DNA from: Candidatus Sumerlaeia bacterium
GTDB taxonomy: Bacteria > Sumerlaeota > Sumerlaeia > JADFCW01
DNA length: 64,000 bases
Direction of reading: 5' to 3'
Assembly (NCBI GenBank): GCA_026415575.1
Contig: JAOAGV010000011.1
Span: forward strand, 625-64,624
Part shown: in pieces, positions 1-10,025 of the stretch
Numbering within the stretch: the stretch's first letter is position 1
Layout: every line of letters starts with the position of its first letter
Translations under genes and position numbers: made by a program
Notes under the pieces: generated by a model
Told to the model about the DNA's origin: nothing
Databases searched by the model: none
The model's input: only the letters and a program-made list of their open reading frames with translations

Positions 1-864
1 AAACGGCGGGGGCGGAACGGGAAGCGGGGCGGTTTTGGGCATTTCAGCGAGAACGACGCGAAAGCCGATCATCCACGATTTGTCGTCCGGCAGCGTGCCG
101 CTCCGGTTGGCCGAGCGGAGAAAACCCAGTTCGGTCGAGTGGCTGCCGCCGCGCGTGACGCGGAAGTCGCCGTCAGCGCGCCCGACCGGGTCGCTCTGTT
201 CGCCCGCTTCGTACGGCCCATACCAGTCGAGGCACCACTCCTCGACATTGCCGTGCATGTCGAAAAGGCCCCAAGCGTTGGGCGGCGTTTTGGCGACGGT
301 CAGGGGAACCGGCTTGTCGTCGGCGCGCCGGTCGCTGTCGGGATACCAGCTAACGCGTACGTTCTTGTGGAACTCTTTCGGCAGCGCATCGCCCGTGTGA
401 TACGGCGTTGCGGTGCTGGCGCGGCAGGCATACTCCCACTCCGCCTCGGTGGGCAGCCGATAGGACCGGCCTTCCTTTTTTGAGAGCCACGCGCAAAACC
501 TCATGGCATCTTCCCAACTCACAAACACGACCGCCTCATCGTCCCCGTTCGAGAAGCCGAGTTTGCCGCGAAGCGCGCGGTGCGAGGGCTCGAAGACCTC
601 GTATTGGGCATTGGTCACTTCGGTTGCGCCGATGTAAAAGGGCTGTGTAATGCGGACGGCATGCGCGGGCCGCTCATCCCAGTCGCCGCCGCTGTCCTGT
701 CCCATCGTGAAGCGTCCCGGTTCGATGCGAACGAGCGTCATGCCGAGCGTATTAACCATAGTCCGCCCGCCGGTTTCTTCCTTCTGCTTCACCGGCGCGC
801 CATAGAGGCAAAAACCGCTAAGAATCCACACCATTGCTGTTGCGCTCAGCCTTCGTCTTTTCAT
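1..864 (-). CDS. Formylglycine-generating enzyme (SUMF1/FGE-sulfatase domain) protein, partial; the 3' end runs past the window start
   Basis: Minus-strand translation from the ATG (reverse complement) at 862-864 gives MKRRRLSATAMVWILSGF...RGGSHSTELGFLRSANRSG, with the FGE-domain hallmarks (RLPTEAEWEYA, HGNVEEWCLDWYGPY). It has a signal-peptide-like N-terminus. It is absent from the ORF track because it has no stop codon inside the window. Confidence 0.7.
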   Translation of the reverse strand, partial: MKRRRLSATAMVWILSGFCLYGAPVKQKEETGGRTMVNTLGMTLVRIEPGRFTMGQDSGGDWDERPAHAVRITQPFYIGATEVTNAQYEVFEPSHRALRGKLGFSNGDDEAVVFVSWEDAMRFCAWLSKKEGRSYRLPTEAEWEYACRASTATPYHTGDALPKEFHKNVRVSWYPDSDRRADDKPVPLTVAKTPPNAWGLFDMHGNVEEWCLDWYGPYEAGEQSDPVGRADGDFRVTRGGSHSTELGFLRSANRSGTLPDDKSWMIGFRVVLAEMPKTAPLPVPPPPF

Positions 865-915
865 CGCCGTTGCCCTCGCTTTCCAGTCTGGAAAATCGAA
901 CCTTCCGCCTCGCGC

Positions 916-1776
916 CTACCTCACCGATGCGTCTTCCGGCAGGCCCAGTTTCTCGTAGAGCCCTCTGCGGCCCTTTTTGTCGCCATCCAAAACTGCCTGC
1001 GCATAGTTCGCAACATCGGCCGCCACTGCACGCGGCACCACAATCACGCCGTCGCCGTCAGCCACAATCACGTCGCCCGGCATGACCAGCACGCCGCCAA
1101 CCACCACCGGTCGGTTGACCGACTCCAGCTCGATGCGGCCCGGGCGAATGCCGCGGCCGACTTGGCGGCAATAGACCGGCAGCCCCTGATTCATCACCTC
1201 GTCGGTGTCGCGCGCCGTGCCGTTGCTAACCACGCCGACGCAGCCGCGCGCCCGCCAGCCCATGCTGTTGTTCGAGCCAATGGGGCCGACATCCACGCGC
1301 GGGCCGGCGATGTTGTCCGTCACCAGCACCGACCCTTTGCGCAGAATCGGCCCGAACGCTTCGGGCGCAAACGTGCCATACCAATGGCTGACCCATTTCC
1401 GAAATTCCTCGGTCGGCATGCGGCCGGCGGCGCCTTTTTGCGACGGCACCCAACGCACCGTGACCGCCACGCCGACGATGCGATGCGTGAACTCCTTTGT
1501 GTCGCGCCACAGCGGCCGGATCTCTGGATCCATGTTGCCGACGTTCTGCAAACCTACGGCGTCCATGCCGTCGCAAACATCGGCCACGCGCAGATTCTTA
1601 AACATCCCGATCAACTTCATATCCTCTTCTTCGCTATAAACCTTTGTTTCGAGGAAATTCTTGCCTGCGCGCAGCTGCTCGACATCCACCTTTGCCGCGC
1701 CGGCAAAGCTTGGGCTTCCCAGTGTCGCCAAAACGACAAAGATTGCGGCCCATGCCCATGCGTTTGGTTTGCTCAT
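916..1776 (-). CDS. RraA-family protein (4-hydroxy-4-methyl-2-oxoglutarate aldolase / oxaloacetate decarboxylase-like) with an N-terminal signal peptide
   Basis: The ORF is 916..1971; the internal start MSKPNAWAWAAIFVVLATLGSPSFAGA lies at 1776 with an AGGAGCAGG ribosome-binding site upstream. The C-terminal GDVIVADGDGVIVVP matches the RraA-family motif. The long plus-strand ORF 580..2019 is an antisense shadow. Confidence 0.7.
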   Translation of the reverse strand: MSKPNAWAWAAIFVVLATLGSPSFAGAAKVDVEQLRAGKNFLETKVYSEEEDMKLIGMFKNLRVADVCDGMDAVGLQNVGNMDPEIRPLWRDTKEFTHRIVGVAVTVRWVPSQKGAAGRMPTEEFRKWVSHWYGTFAPEAFGPILRKGSVLVTDNIAGPRVDVGPIGSNNSMGWRARGCVGVVSNGTARDTDEVMNQGLPVYCRQVGRGIRPGRIELESVNRPVVVGGVLVMPGDVIVADGDGVIVVPRAVAADVANYAQAVLDGDKKGRRGLYEKLGLPEDASVR

Positions 1777-2020
1777 TGGTCCTGCTCCTTTCCATCTGGT
1801 GTTGATTGCTCCACCCCGCGTGAAAGTGTAAAGCGCCGACTGCCGGATGCAAGATGGAAGTTGCCGCCCCTGCCATATTCCCCGCTCTGGATCACGCCGG
1901 CGGGGATTCACGTTTTTAGAATTTGCATGTCCGAATCTGTTTGCAAAACCGTTCCTCCGAGGGCATTTCATTCCCGGCGTTGCCGAGCACGCGCACCATC
2001 AGCGAAGAGGAGCCTGTAAC

Positions 2021-3718
2021 ATGGGCGAAGAAAAGGCAGCCTTCACCATTCTGGATTGGATCGTACTGGGCGGCTACTTTGTCGGCATCACGGCGTTTGG
2101 CCTGTGGATGGCCCGGCGCATCCGAAGCAGCGGCGGCTTCTTTCTGGGCGAACGCAAGCTGCCATGGTGGATCATGATCGGACAAGCCTTCGGCACGGGA
2201 ACCCATGCGGAGAATCCGGTGGCCCAAGCCGGCGCGTCGTTCGACAAGGGCTTCGCCACCATCTGGTATCAGTGGAAAAACATGCTCATTACGCCCTTCT
2301 ACTGGCTGATGGCGCCGTGGTATCGGAGGGCCGAGCGCACCACCATCGGCGAAATTGTCGAGGACCGCTACGGCCGGTTTATGGCTTTTGTCTATACGGT
2401 CTTTGCACTGGCCTATTTTGTGTTCAATCAGGGGGCCATGTTGAAAGGCGCAGGCAAGGCGATCTCGATGGCCACGGGCGGCGAGGTCATTTCGCCCAAC
2501 GGCGTCGTGGCCGCCATGGTCGTGACGTTCATTCTTTACAGTGTATTGGGCGGACTGGTTGCGTCGGCTTATACCGACTTTGTCCAGGGTTTTCTGATCA
2601 TCACGTTGTCGTTTATGTTGATTCCGGGCGGATTGAGCGCCGTCGGCGGATTCAAAGGCATGCGCGAGGTGTTGTCGCCCGACTTCTTTCAACTCTATAG
2701 CGACGTCAGCGGCGTGACGCTCTTTACGATCACTATGTTGACGTTGAACGGCTTGGTCGGCATTACGGCCCAGCCGCACATTCTCTCAATGAACGCGACG
2801 GGGCGGACCGAGCGCGCCGGCCGCGTCGGCCAGACCTACGGCAACATGGTCAAGCGGTTCTGCACCATCGGCTGGGCGCTGACGGGCCTGATTGTCGCTG
2901 CGCTGGTCATCCGGCAGGGCGCAAAGCTGGAAGACCCCGAAAGTGCGTTCGGCTACGCAAGCCTGCATTTGCTCAGTCCCGGCCTGACCGGCCTGATGGT
3001 GGCGTGCATTCTGGCGGCCAACATGTCCACTTGCTCGAACTTTATGGTCAACGGCGCAGCGCTGTTCACACAAAACTTCTATCGTTGCTACTTCCGGCCG
3101 GCGGCGGGCGACAAGGAGTTGCTGATCGTCGGCCGCATTTCGGCCCTCGTCCTGGCGTTGTTGGGGATTATGTTCGCCTTCTACGTCACCAGTGTCCTGC
3201 ACGCGTTTCTGTTTGTCGAAACCCTGCCCGCGTTTCTGGGCGTCATGATTCTGGGCGGCATTCTCTGGCGCCGTGCCAACCGGTGGGGGGCGCTCGCCGC
3301 CACGCTGAGTTCAATTGCCATCTACTATTGGATCAACTTTCAGGACACCGGCACGCTGCAACTGGTCTATAAGTGGAAGCCTGCGCCCTTCGGCTGGTCC
3401 ATGCTGACCGGATTTACGGCGCTTGTGGTTGTGAGCCTGCTGACGCGCCCGGAGAGCAAGGAGCGAATCGAAAAGTTCTTCGATAATATGAACCGCTCGA
3501 CCGACGGCGAAGGCTTGCCCGACGGACAGCCCAAACCACTGGCCGCCGAACTCGGAACCGACCTGCTTCTGCTCGATCTGACCGGCTGGTTCCGGCGCGA
3601 CCGCTGGCGCGGCTTTTTCCGCCGCTATCGCGAAGACCTCGTTGGCTTCGCTCTGGCGTGGCTGGTGGTCGGCTTGCTCCTTGCCATTGCATGGGGACTG
3701 ATGCAACTGGGCAAATGA
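2021..3718 (+). CDS. Sodium:solute symporter family (SSF) transporter
   Basis: An ATG at 2021 is preceded by GAAGAGGAG. The product is a multi-pass membrane protein (MGEEKAAFTILDWIVLGGYFVGITAFGLWMARR...) with the SSF hallmark GxxxxGxxxxFxLGxR-like start. Confidence 0.8.
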   Translation: MGEEKAAFTILDWIVLGGYFVGITAFGLWMARRIRSSGGFFLGERKLPWWIMIGQAFGTGTHAENPVAQAGASFDKGFATIWYQWKNMLITPFYWLMAPWYRRAERTTIGEIVEDRYGRFMAFVYTVFALAYFVFNQGAMLKGAGKAISMATGGEVISPNGVVAAMVVTFILYSVLGGLVASAYTDFVQGFLIITLSFMLIPGGLSAVGGFKGMREVLSPDFFQLYSDVSGVTLFTITMLTLNGLVGITAQPHILSMNATGRTERAGRVGQTYGNMVKRFCTIGWALTGLIVAALVIRQGAKLEDPESAFGYASLHLLSPGLTGLMVACILAANMSTCSNFMVNGAALFTQNFYRCYFRPAAGDKELLIVGRISALVLALLGIMFAFYVTSVLHAFLFVETLPAFLGVMILGGILWRRANRWGALAATLSSIAIYYWINFQDTGTLQLVYKWKPAPFGWSMLTGFTALVVVSLLTRPESKERIEKFFDNMNRSTDGEGLPDGQPKPLAAELGTDLLLLDLTGWFRRDRWRGFFRRYREDLVGFALAWLVVGLLLAIAWGLMQLGK

Positions 3719-3770
3719 GATAAATCAGAAGCTATCTCACAAACAAATACCGGGGAAACGTGTTCCGGCA

Positions 3771-4793
3771 ATGCAAGCGATGGTTTTAGAACAAGCGCGC
3801 GCGGCCGAGGAAAGGCCCTTGGTTTTCCGCGAGGCCGACCGGCCGTTGCCGCAGCGCGGGGAAATTTTGATCGCCGTCGAGGCCTGCGGCGTTTGCCACA
3901 CCGATCTCCATACGGTCGAGGGCGAATTGCCCCTGCCCAAATTGCCCGTCATCCCCGGCCATCAGGTGGTTGGCCGCGTGGACTCGGTCGGCGAGGGCGT
4001 CGGGCGGTTTCGCATCGGCGACCGCGTGGGCGTGCCGTGGTTGTATTCCACCTGCGGGCGCTGCCGGTTTTGCACGACCGACCGCGAGAACCTTTGCGAG
4101 GCCGCGCAGTTCACCGGTCTCCACGCCGACGGCGGCTATGCCGAGTTCATGACAGCACGCGCCGACTTTGCCTATCCGATTCCGGACGGCATGACCGCCG
4201 TCGAGGCCGCGCCGCTGCTGTGCGGCGGGATTATCGGCTTTCGCTCGCTGAGGCTATGCGGGGCCGAACGCAGCGGCCGTTTGGGGTTGTATGGTTTCGG
4301 CAACTCGGCCCATTTGGCCATTCAGGTCGCGCGCCATTGGGGTTGCGAGGTCTATGTGTTCACACGCAGCGAGCACCATGCGCAGCTGGCGCGGCAGTTG
4401 GGCGCCGCATGGACGGGCCGCGCGGAAGAGACGCCACCGGCCAAACTGGACGCCGCGATCATTTTTGCTCCCGCCGGCCAATTGATTCCGCTGGCCCTGC
4501 GCGCGATGGACAAGGGCGCCACGCTCGCTCTGGCCGGCATTCACATGTCGCCGATGCCCGAAACACCGTATGCCCTGCTCTACGATGAGCGCGTTGTGCG
4601 GTCGGTCGCCAACAGTACGCGGCGCGACGCCGAGGATTTCCTCGCCATCGCCGCCGCCATCCGCATCCAAACCGAAGTGCAGACGTTTCCTCTGGAGCAG
4701 GCCAACGACGCGCTGCTTCGCCTCAAGCGCAGCGAGATTTCCGGCTGCGCCGTGCTGACGTTGGAACGACACACCCCCGCGCCGAATCGGTAA
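3771..4793 (+). CDS. Zinc-dependent alcohol dehydrogenase
   Basis: It has a GHQVVGRV / CGVCHTDLH catalytic zinc motif, a CGRCRFC structural zinc site and a Rossmann GLYGFGNSAHLA motif. Confidence 0.9.
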   Translation: MQAMVLEQARAAEERPLVFREADRPLPQRGEILIAVEACGVCHTDLHTVEGELPLPKLPVIPGHQVVGRVDSVGEGVGRFRIGDRVGVPWLYSTCGRCRFCTTDRENLCEAAQFTGLHADGGYAEFMTARADFAYPIPDGMTAVEAAPLLCGGIIGFRSLRLCGAERSGRLGLYGFGNSAHLAIQVARHWGCEVYVFTRSEHHAQLARQLGAAWTGRAEETPPAKLDAAIIFAPAGQLIPLALRAMDKGATLALAGIHMSPMPETPYALLYDERVVRSVANSTRRDAEDFLAIAAAIRIQTEVQTFPLEQANDALLRLKRSEISGCAVLTLERHTPAPNR

Positions 4794-4811
4794 AAGGACG
4801 CCCAACATCCT

Positions 4812-6368
4812 ATGCAACCCGTCCAGTCCGGCGAACTTCACAAAAAGATTGGTTTGATTCTCGGCCTTGTCTTGTTCGCCCTTCTGTTGTGCGTGCGATT
4901 CGGCCCCGACGCCCGCATCCATCGCATGGCCGCAATCGCCGCGCTGATGGCCGCATGGTGGATGACCGAGGCGATTCCTCTGGCGGCCACGTCGCTTTTG
5001 CCTTTGGTGCTGATGCCGGTGCTGAAAATCTCGCCGCCGGAATCCGTCGCCCAATCCTATATGAACGATTACATTTTTCTGTTTATCGGCGGCTTCACCA
5101 TCGCGCTGGCCATGGAGCGGTGGAACCTGCATCGCCGCCTTGCGATTCATACGCTACGTCTGGTCGGCGACCGGCCGCGCCGCCTCGTGCTCGGCTTCAT
5201 GATCGCTACCGGCGTTCTCTCGATGTGGATTTCCAATACCGCAACGGCCATGATGATGATGCCCATCGCGCTGTCGGTGATTTTGCTGGCCGAGGAACAC
5301 CAAAAGAACGGCGCGCGGGCCGACGGCGGGACTTCGCCAGCCCAATTCGGACTGGTTCTGATGCTCGGTGTGGCCTACGCGGCCAGCATCGGCGGCATCG
5401 GCACGCTGGTCGGCACGCCGCCCAATGTGATTTTCGCTTCCCGGTTCCAAAAGGAATTTCCCGGTGCCCCCGAAATCAGTTTCACCGCCTGGATGTTTCT
5501 GGCCGTCCCGTTTGCCGTTCTATTCCTGCTGATTACGTGGGTGCTGCTAACATTTGTTCTCCATCCGCTGCGCGGCGAGCGGTTCATCGGCGGCCGCGAG
5601 GCCATTGCGCGCGAACTGGCCGGACTGGGGCCGCTGAGCCGCGCCGAAACCGGCGTATTGATTGTTTTCATTACGACCGCCCTCCTGTGGATTTTCCGCG
5701 TCAGCATCCCCATTGATCGTTTCACCCTTCCCGGCTGGAGCAATCTGTTGGGGCTGGCGGACGAAAAGACCCGATGGGTCGGCGACGGCACGGTGGCCAT
5801 GGCCGCCGCTCTGGCGCTTTTTTTCATCCCCTCGGGCCGTCAAAAGGGCGAACGCCTTGTGGATTGGAAAACCGTCGAGGACTTGCCGTGGAATGTGCTG
5901 TTTCTATTCGGCGGTGGATTTGCGCTGGCCGACGGCCTGACGGCTTCGGGACTTTCCGACTGGGTCGGCGACCAATGCCGCTCGTTCGGCCACATGGCCG
6001 TCGCCACGCAGATTCTGGCCATTTCAGGGGTAACGACAGCGCTCAGCGAACTGGCCTCGAACACGGCAACGGCCAACATGGTGTTGCCGATTCTGGCGGG
6101 CGTGGCCAAGTCCATCCCGATGAACCCGCTTGCGCTGATGCTGCCGGCGGCCATCGCGGCGTCGTTTGGATTCATGCTGCCAGTGGCCACGCCGCCCAAC
6201 GCCATTGTGTTCGGCACAGGCTATGTCCCCATGGGTGCCATGGTGCGGGCAGGCCTGATTCTCGATCTGGTCGGGATGGTCTTGCTTGTGGCGCTGGTGT
6301 ATTTTGTTGCCATTCCACTTTGGCAGATTGACCCATTGCACCTGCCGGTGGAATGGCTGGCAAAGTGA
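4812..6368 (+). CDS. DASS/SLC13-family divalent anion:Na+ symporter (sulfate or di/tricarboxylate)
   Basis: It has internally duplicated membrane topology, with SNTATAMMMMPIA and SNTATANMVLPI hairpin motifs that are typical of the DASS family. Confidence 0.8.
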   Translation: MQPVQSGELHKKIGLILGLVLFALLLCVRFGPDARIHRMAAIAALMAAWWMTEAIPLAATSLLPLVLMPVLKISPPESVAQSYMNDYIFLFIGGFTIALAMERWNLHRRLAIHTLRLVGDRPRRLVLGFMIATGVLSMWISNTATAMMMMPIALSVILLAEEHQKNGARADGGTSPAQFGLVLMLGVAYAASIGGIGTLVGTPPNVIFASRFQKEFPGAPEISFTAWMFLAVPFAVLFLLITWVLLTFVLHPLRGERFIGGREAIARELAGLGPLSRAETGVLIVFITTALLWIFRVSIPIDRFTLPGWSNLLGLADEKTRWVGDGTVAMAAALALFFIPSGRQKGERLVDWKTVEDLPWNVLFLFGGGFALADGLTASGLSDWVGDQCRSFGHMAVATQILAISGVTTALSELASNTATANMVLPILAGVAKSIPMNPLALMLPAAIAASFGFMLPVATPPNAIVFGTGYVPMGAMVRAGLILDLVGMVLLVALVYFVAIPLWQIDPLHLPVEWLAK

Positions 6369-6539
6369 GCTGCGGGATGGAGGTTGTGGGCTGTGCGAAA
6401 GAAATCAGGGCGGCAACTGCAAGAAACAAAAGACACAAAAGCAGGCCGGATGGAACGATTTCAAACTTGAAAGTGCCCGACCGCACCGGATAACTCTGTA
6501 CATGGATGTCGCAATCTGCAACGCGAACAGGAGCGTATC

Positions 6540-7352
6540 ATGAAGCTGATTTTCTTCACCAAGTTCCTGACGGGGTTGACCGCCAAAGAGGTCGGAGAAA
6601 CCGCAAAACGACTGGGGGTTGACGGTCTCGATCTGGCCATCCGCAAAGGCCAGTGCGTCAATCCCGACAATGTTGCCGAGGCGCTGCCCGAAGCCATGAA
6701 GATTTGGAAGGAAATGGGGCTCTCGGTGCCGCTTGCTTCGATGGAGACACGACAGACCGACCCGCGCGATGCCGGCGTCCGCCGCCTGTTCGAGGCCTGC
6801 GGCAAGGCCGGTATCCGCGAAATCAAAATCGGCTACTGGAAGTGGTCCCCGAACCAAGCCTACTGGCCGACGGTCGAGACCATCCGCGCCGACTTAAAAT
6901 TGTTCGAGGCCCTCGGGCGCGATTGCGGCTGCCGTACGCTCATCCACAATCATTCCGGCGCCAACTACGGAGGCAATGCCAGCCAGATTATGCAGCTGGC
7001 GCGTGGCTTTGATCCCAAGTTCATCGGCGCCTACCTCGACCCGGCCCACTTGGCCATTTGCGGCGAGGCGGTGGATATGGCTCTCGACATCGTCCGCGAC
7101 TATCTGGCCATGATTGCGGTGAAGAACTGCCGTTGGACCAGCACCGTCAAGGATGGCGTGGCCAACTGGAAGACCGAGTGGTGTTTGTTGAATGAGGGTG
7201 TAGTGAACTGGCCGCGCGTCATCGAGTTGCTGAAAAAACGCGGCTATGACGGCTGGCTCAGTGTGCATGGCGAGTATTCCGGGCCGGAAGACCGCGAGGC
7301 TGTGCTTGCCAACGTGGTCAAGGACGTCCCATTTCTCCGAAAGTTCCTATAG
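6540..7352 (+). CDS. Sugar phosphate isomerase/epimerase (xylose-isomerase-like TIM barrel)
   Basis: An ATG at 6540 is preceded by ACAGGAGCG. The sequence resembles the xylose-isomerase-like TIM-barrel family (270 aa). Confidence 0.75.
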   Translation: MKLIFFTKFLTGLTAKEVGETAKRLGVDGLDLAIRKGQCVNPDNVAEALPEAMKIWKEMGLSVPLASMETRQTDPRDAGVRRLFEACGKAGIREIKIGYWKWSPNQAYWPTVETIRADLKLFEALGRDCGCRTLIHNHSGANYGGNASQIMQLARGFDPKFIGAYLDPAHLAICGEAVDMALDIVRDYLAMIAVKNCRWTSTVKDGVANWKTEWCLLNEGVVNWPRVIELLKKRGYDGWLSVHGEYSGPEDREAVLANVVKDVPFLRKFL

Positions 7353-7545
7353 ATCACCAACCATCTAAATGTTTCCAGAAAATTGGGATAATCTGGATGC
7401 TATTTGTGCATTATATAATACTATATAATGAATATTATGTTCATACTGAATTAATAATGCAAATAAAAATGCTTTTTATTCAGTTTTATTATTTTCACTC
7501 CAGTATGTGATTCTAATGAAATGACCTCCAAGATTCTTGAAGTCG
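7353..7545. other. Strongly AT-rich intergenic tract (about 75-80 % AT) upstream of rlpA
   Basis: The run ATTATATAATACTATATAATGAATATTATGTTCATACTGAATTAATAATGCAAATAAAAATGCTTTTTATTCAG contains an imperfect inverted repeat CTGAATTAATAA...TTTTTATTCAG. Confidence 0.5.
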
Positions 7546-7744
7546 TTTTCCCCAACAAACCACAAAAATCATTCTCACGTCATGTTTTTTCCTATTTGAT
7601 CGCGTCGCCATGCTGGATGGCAGACCTAGTCCAAAACAATGCCATTCGGACTGCCAAAGGTGAGGGGATACGGCATTGATACGCAGTTCCCGACACATCG
7701 TGGCTGCAAGCCGTCGGGCAGAGATACCAACACGGACCTTTTGA

Positions 7745-8275
7745 ATGGACTTGGCCAAAACAGCAGCAAAAACCGTTTTGTTTGTTGCCATTCTTGCTGG
7801 CGCAGCATGTTCGTTCACCCCTCCGGCACAAAGGGTATGGGAAAACCCCATGCCCGCGCCGCCTGCCGGTTTGCCCGACCTGTCCGGCACGGATAGTCTG
7901 ATTGTCGAGCCGCGGCCAATGCCCGTCGAGCCGGTTGGTTTCCAGCAAGTTCCCCCTTTGGACATTTTCCCGGTCGAGCCCGTGTTTGTGCAGCGCGGCA
8001 TCGCGTCATGGTATGGCGGCCGGCATCACGGACGCAAGACGGCCAGCGGCGAGCGATACGATAAAGGCGACCTGACTGCTGCCCACCGTACCTTGCCGTT
8101 CAATTCGATTGTACGCGTGCGCAACCTGACCAATCAGCGGGAAGTGATTGTGCGGATCAACAACCGCGGACCGTTTGTGCGGGGGCGGATTATTGATCTG
8201 TCCGAGGCGGCCGCCCGCGAACTCGGTATGATTCGCGCCGGCATTGTCCCCGTTGAAATCGAGGTCATTCAGTAG
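7745..8275 (+). CDS. rlpA: RlpA-like septal ring lytic transglycosylase lipoprotein (DPBB domain)
   Basis: It has the lipobox LAGAACS, the motif GIASWYGGRHHGRKTASGERYDKGDLTAAHRTLPFNSIVRVRN and a C-terminal GRIIDLSEAAARELGM segment, all typical of RlpA. Confidence 0.8.
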   Translation: MDLAKTAAKTVLFVAILAGAACSFTPPAQRVWENPMPAPPAGLPDLSGTDSLIVEPRPMPVEPVGFQQVPPLDIFPVEPVFVQRGIASWYGGRHHGRKTASGERYDKGDLTAAHRTLPFNSIVRVRNLTNQREVIVRINNRGPFVRGRIIDLSEAAARELGMIRAGIVPVEIEVIQ

Positions 8276-8432
8276 AGTCGGCCGACCCGCGCGACCTCGC
8301 CGTCCGCTGTGAGATTGTCGAGTTCCCCTTTGCCGGCTCGTTTCTGATGCATCGAGTTCCCCCTCACTGGGGGCCCTCCTACCTTAGTTGCCCATCAAAG
8401 TCGGCACTACGGATATTTTCCGACAGGCCCCT

Positions 8433-10025
8433 CTATGTAGGATTCACCCGATGCGGGGCATACCAGTTGCGCTCGGCCCATTTGTGAATGTAGCGGTTGG
8501 TCGGCAATACATCCTCGGTGCGAAGGGTCCATGCCAGCAATTCCTGCATCATTTGCATCTGGACGGCGGATAGCGACGGGTCGTTGAAGCGGTTGCGCAG
8601 TTCCGCCGGGTCCGACTTCAGATTATACAACTGGCCGTTTCCCATCATATCAAACACCAGTTTCCAGTCGCCCATGCGAACCATTTTGATCGTCCCGCTT
8701 TGGCTATAGGAATTTAGTTCGTCGAAGATGTTTTTCACAGGACGCTTGATCACCGGATGATCAAAATCCAGCGTATCCGTCTCCTCGAAAAACAAGCCCC
8801 CCACACCACCTTCCGCATACATGCTCCGAAACTCCGCTTCGGGATGGGGACGTCCTTGCAGCAACGGCCAGAGGCTACGGCCCTGAACGCCTTCGGGCAA
8901 ATCCACCCCCAGCATGTCGCATAGCGTGGGCATGACATCGGCCAGCGAGACGCAGGCCGGATGATGAGGCCGGCCCGATTGAATGCCGGCGCCGACCCAA
9001 ATCATCGGAACGCGCACAAGGCACTCGGGCAGTTCGACGCCCTTTTTGTGCAACCCATAGTCGCCCATAAAGTCGCCGTGGTCCGCCACGAACACAATCA
9101 CTGTGTTGTCCATGCGGCCGCTCTTGTCCAAATACTCGACAAAACGTTTCACTTGGTCGTCTATCAGCCGCAGCATGCCGCAATAGTTTGAACGCACGCG
9201 CCGCCACAGGCTCTCGTAGTTGGGGATGTAGTGCAACAGCAGCTGGCGCTGCCAACGCCACTTGAAACTGCGGTTTTCCAACGCTTCCGCACCCGCCGCG
9301 CGGTCGGGCACGGCGTCCGGCGGAAACATGTCCCAATAGGGCTTGGGAACCTGATAGGGATTGTGCGGTTCGGGAAACGACAGCCACAAGAACCACGGCT
9401 GGTCCTTCGTGGCCTCGACAAACTGAATGGCGTCGGTGACCATGCGGTAGGGGTGTTGTGCTTCGAGCGGGAAAGGCGTCGGCTCGGTGCTGATCTCGTC
9501 AACCAGTTCGAGGAGCCAGCGTGCGAACTCCTTCTCGCGCACGGCGGCAGCGTTTGGGCCCGGCGCGCCGTCCCAGTGGCCGTAGGGGCGCCACGTGTCG
9601 AAGCCTTTGGCCTGCAGGTGCGAATGATTTTTTCCGCATAGCGCAAGGCGATAGCCTTTGTCGCGCAACACGTCAGCGAGATCGCGCGTGTAGAAACAGT
9701 GGCGGATGCCGTTGTTTTCGCGCACGCGATGGGCCTTGGGGAAGCGGCCGGTGAACAGGCTGCAGCGCGCCGGCGCGCAAACCGGGTCGGTCGTATAGGC
9801 GTGGGGAAAGCGGGTGCCTTGCTGCGCGAGTGAATCGAGAAACGGCTGGGTGTCCAGAGGGAAGCCGGCCAGTTTCGTAAAGTCTGCCCGCTGTTGGTCG
9901 GTCATGATGATGACAATGTTGGGCAGGTCGGTTTTCGGCTTGGCAGCAGGCGCGGCCTTTGCGGCGGGCAACACGGCGGCCGCAGCACCACCGCCGAGAG
10001 TCTGAAGAAAGTTTTTCCGTTTCAT
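8433..10025 (-). CDS. Sulfatase (arylsulfatase family) carrying the Cys-type formylglycine motif
   Basis: It contains NIVIIMTDQQRAD and the C-x-P-x-R motif PVCAPARCSLFTGR. The likely start is MKRKNFLQTLGGG at 10025 with GGGAGA upstream; the signal peptide resembles Tat but with KR. Confidence 0.9.
   Translation of the reverse strand: MKRKNFLQTLGGGAAAAVLPAAKAAPAAKPKTDLPNIVIIMTDQQRADFTKLAGFPLDTQPFLDSLAQQGTRFPHAYTTDPVCAPARCSLFTGRFPKAHRVRENNGIRHCFYTRDLADVLRDKGYRLALCGKNHSHLQAKGFDTWRPYGHWDGAPGPNAAAVREKEFARWLLELVDEISTEPTPFPLEAQHPYRMVTDAIQFVEATKDQPWFLWLSFPEPHNPYQVPKPYWDMFPPDAVPDRAAGAEALENRSFKWRWQRQLLLHYIPNYESLWRRVRSNYCGMLRLIDDQVKRFVEYLDKSGRMDNTVIVFVADHGDFMGDYGLHKKGVELPECLVRVPMIWVGAGIQSGRPHHPACVSLADVMPTLCDMLGVDLPEGVQGRSLWPLLQGRPHPEAEFRSMYAEGGVGGLFFEETDTLDFDHPVIKRPVKNIFDELNSYSQSGTIKMVRMGDWKLVFDMMGNGQLYNLKSDPAELRNRFNDPSLSAVQMQMMQELLAWTLRTEDVLPTNRYIHKWAERNWYAPHRVNPT

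Noticed and set aside
580-2019. 479-aa plus-strand ORF
   Set aside because: It is the antisense shadow of the RraA-like gene (916..1776, minus strand). It has His/Arg/Ala-rich composition, no RBS and no domain.
7353-7545. AT-rich tract as a replication origin
   Set aside because: I could find no cluster of DnaA-box-like 9-mers (TTATNCACA), and dnaA/dnaN are not nearby.
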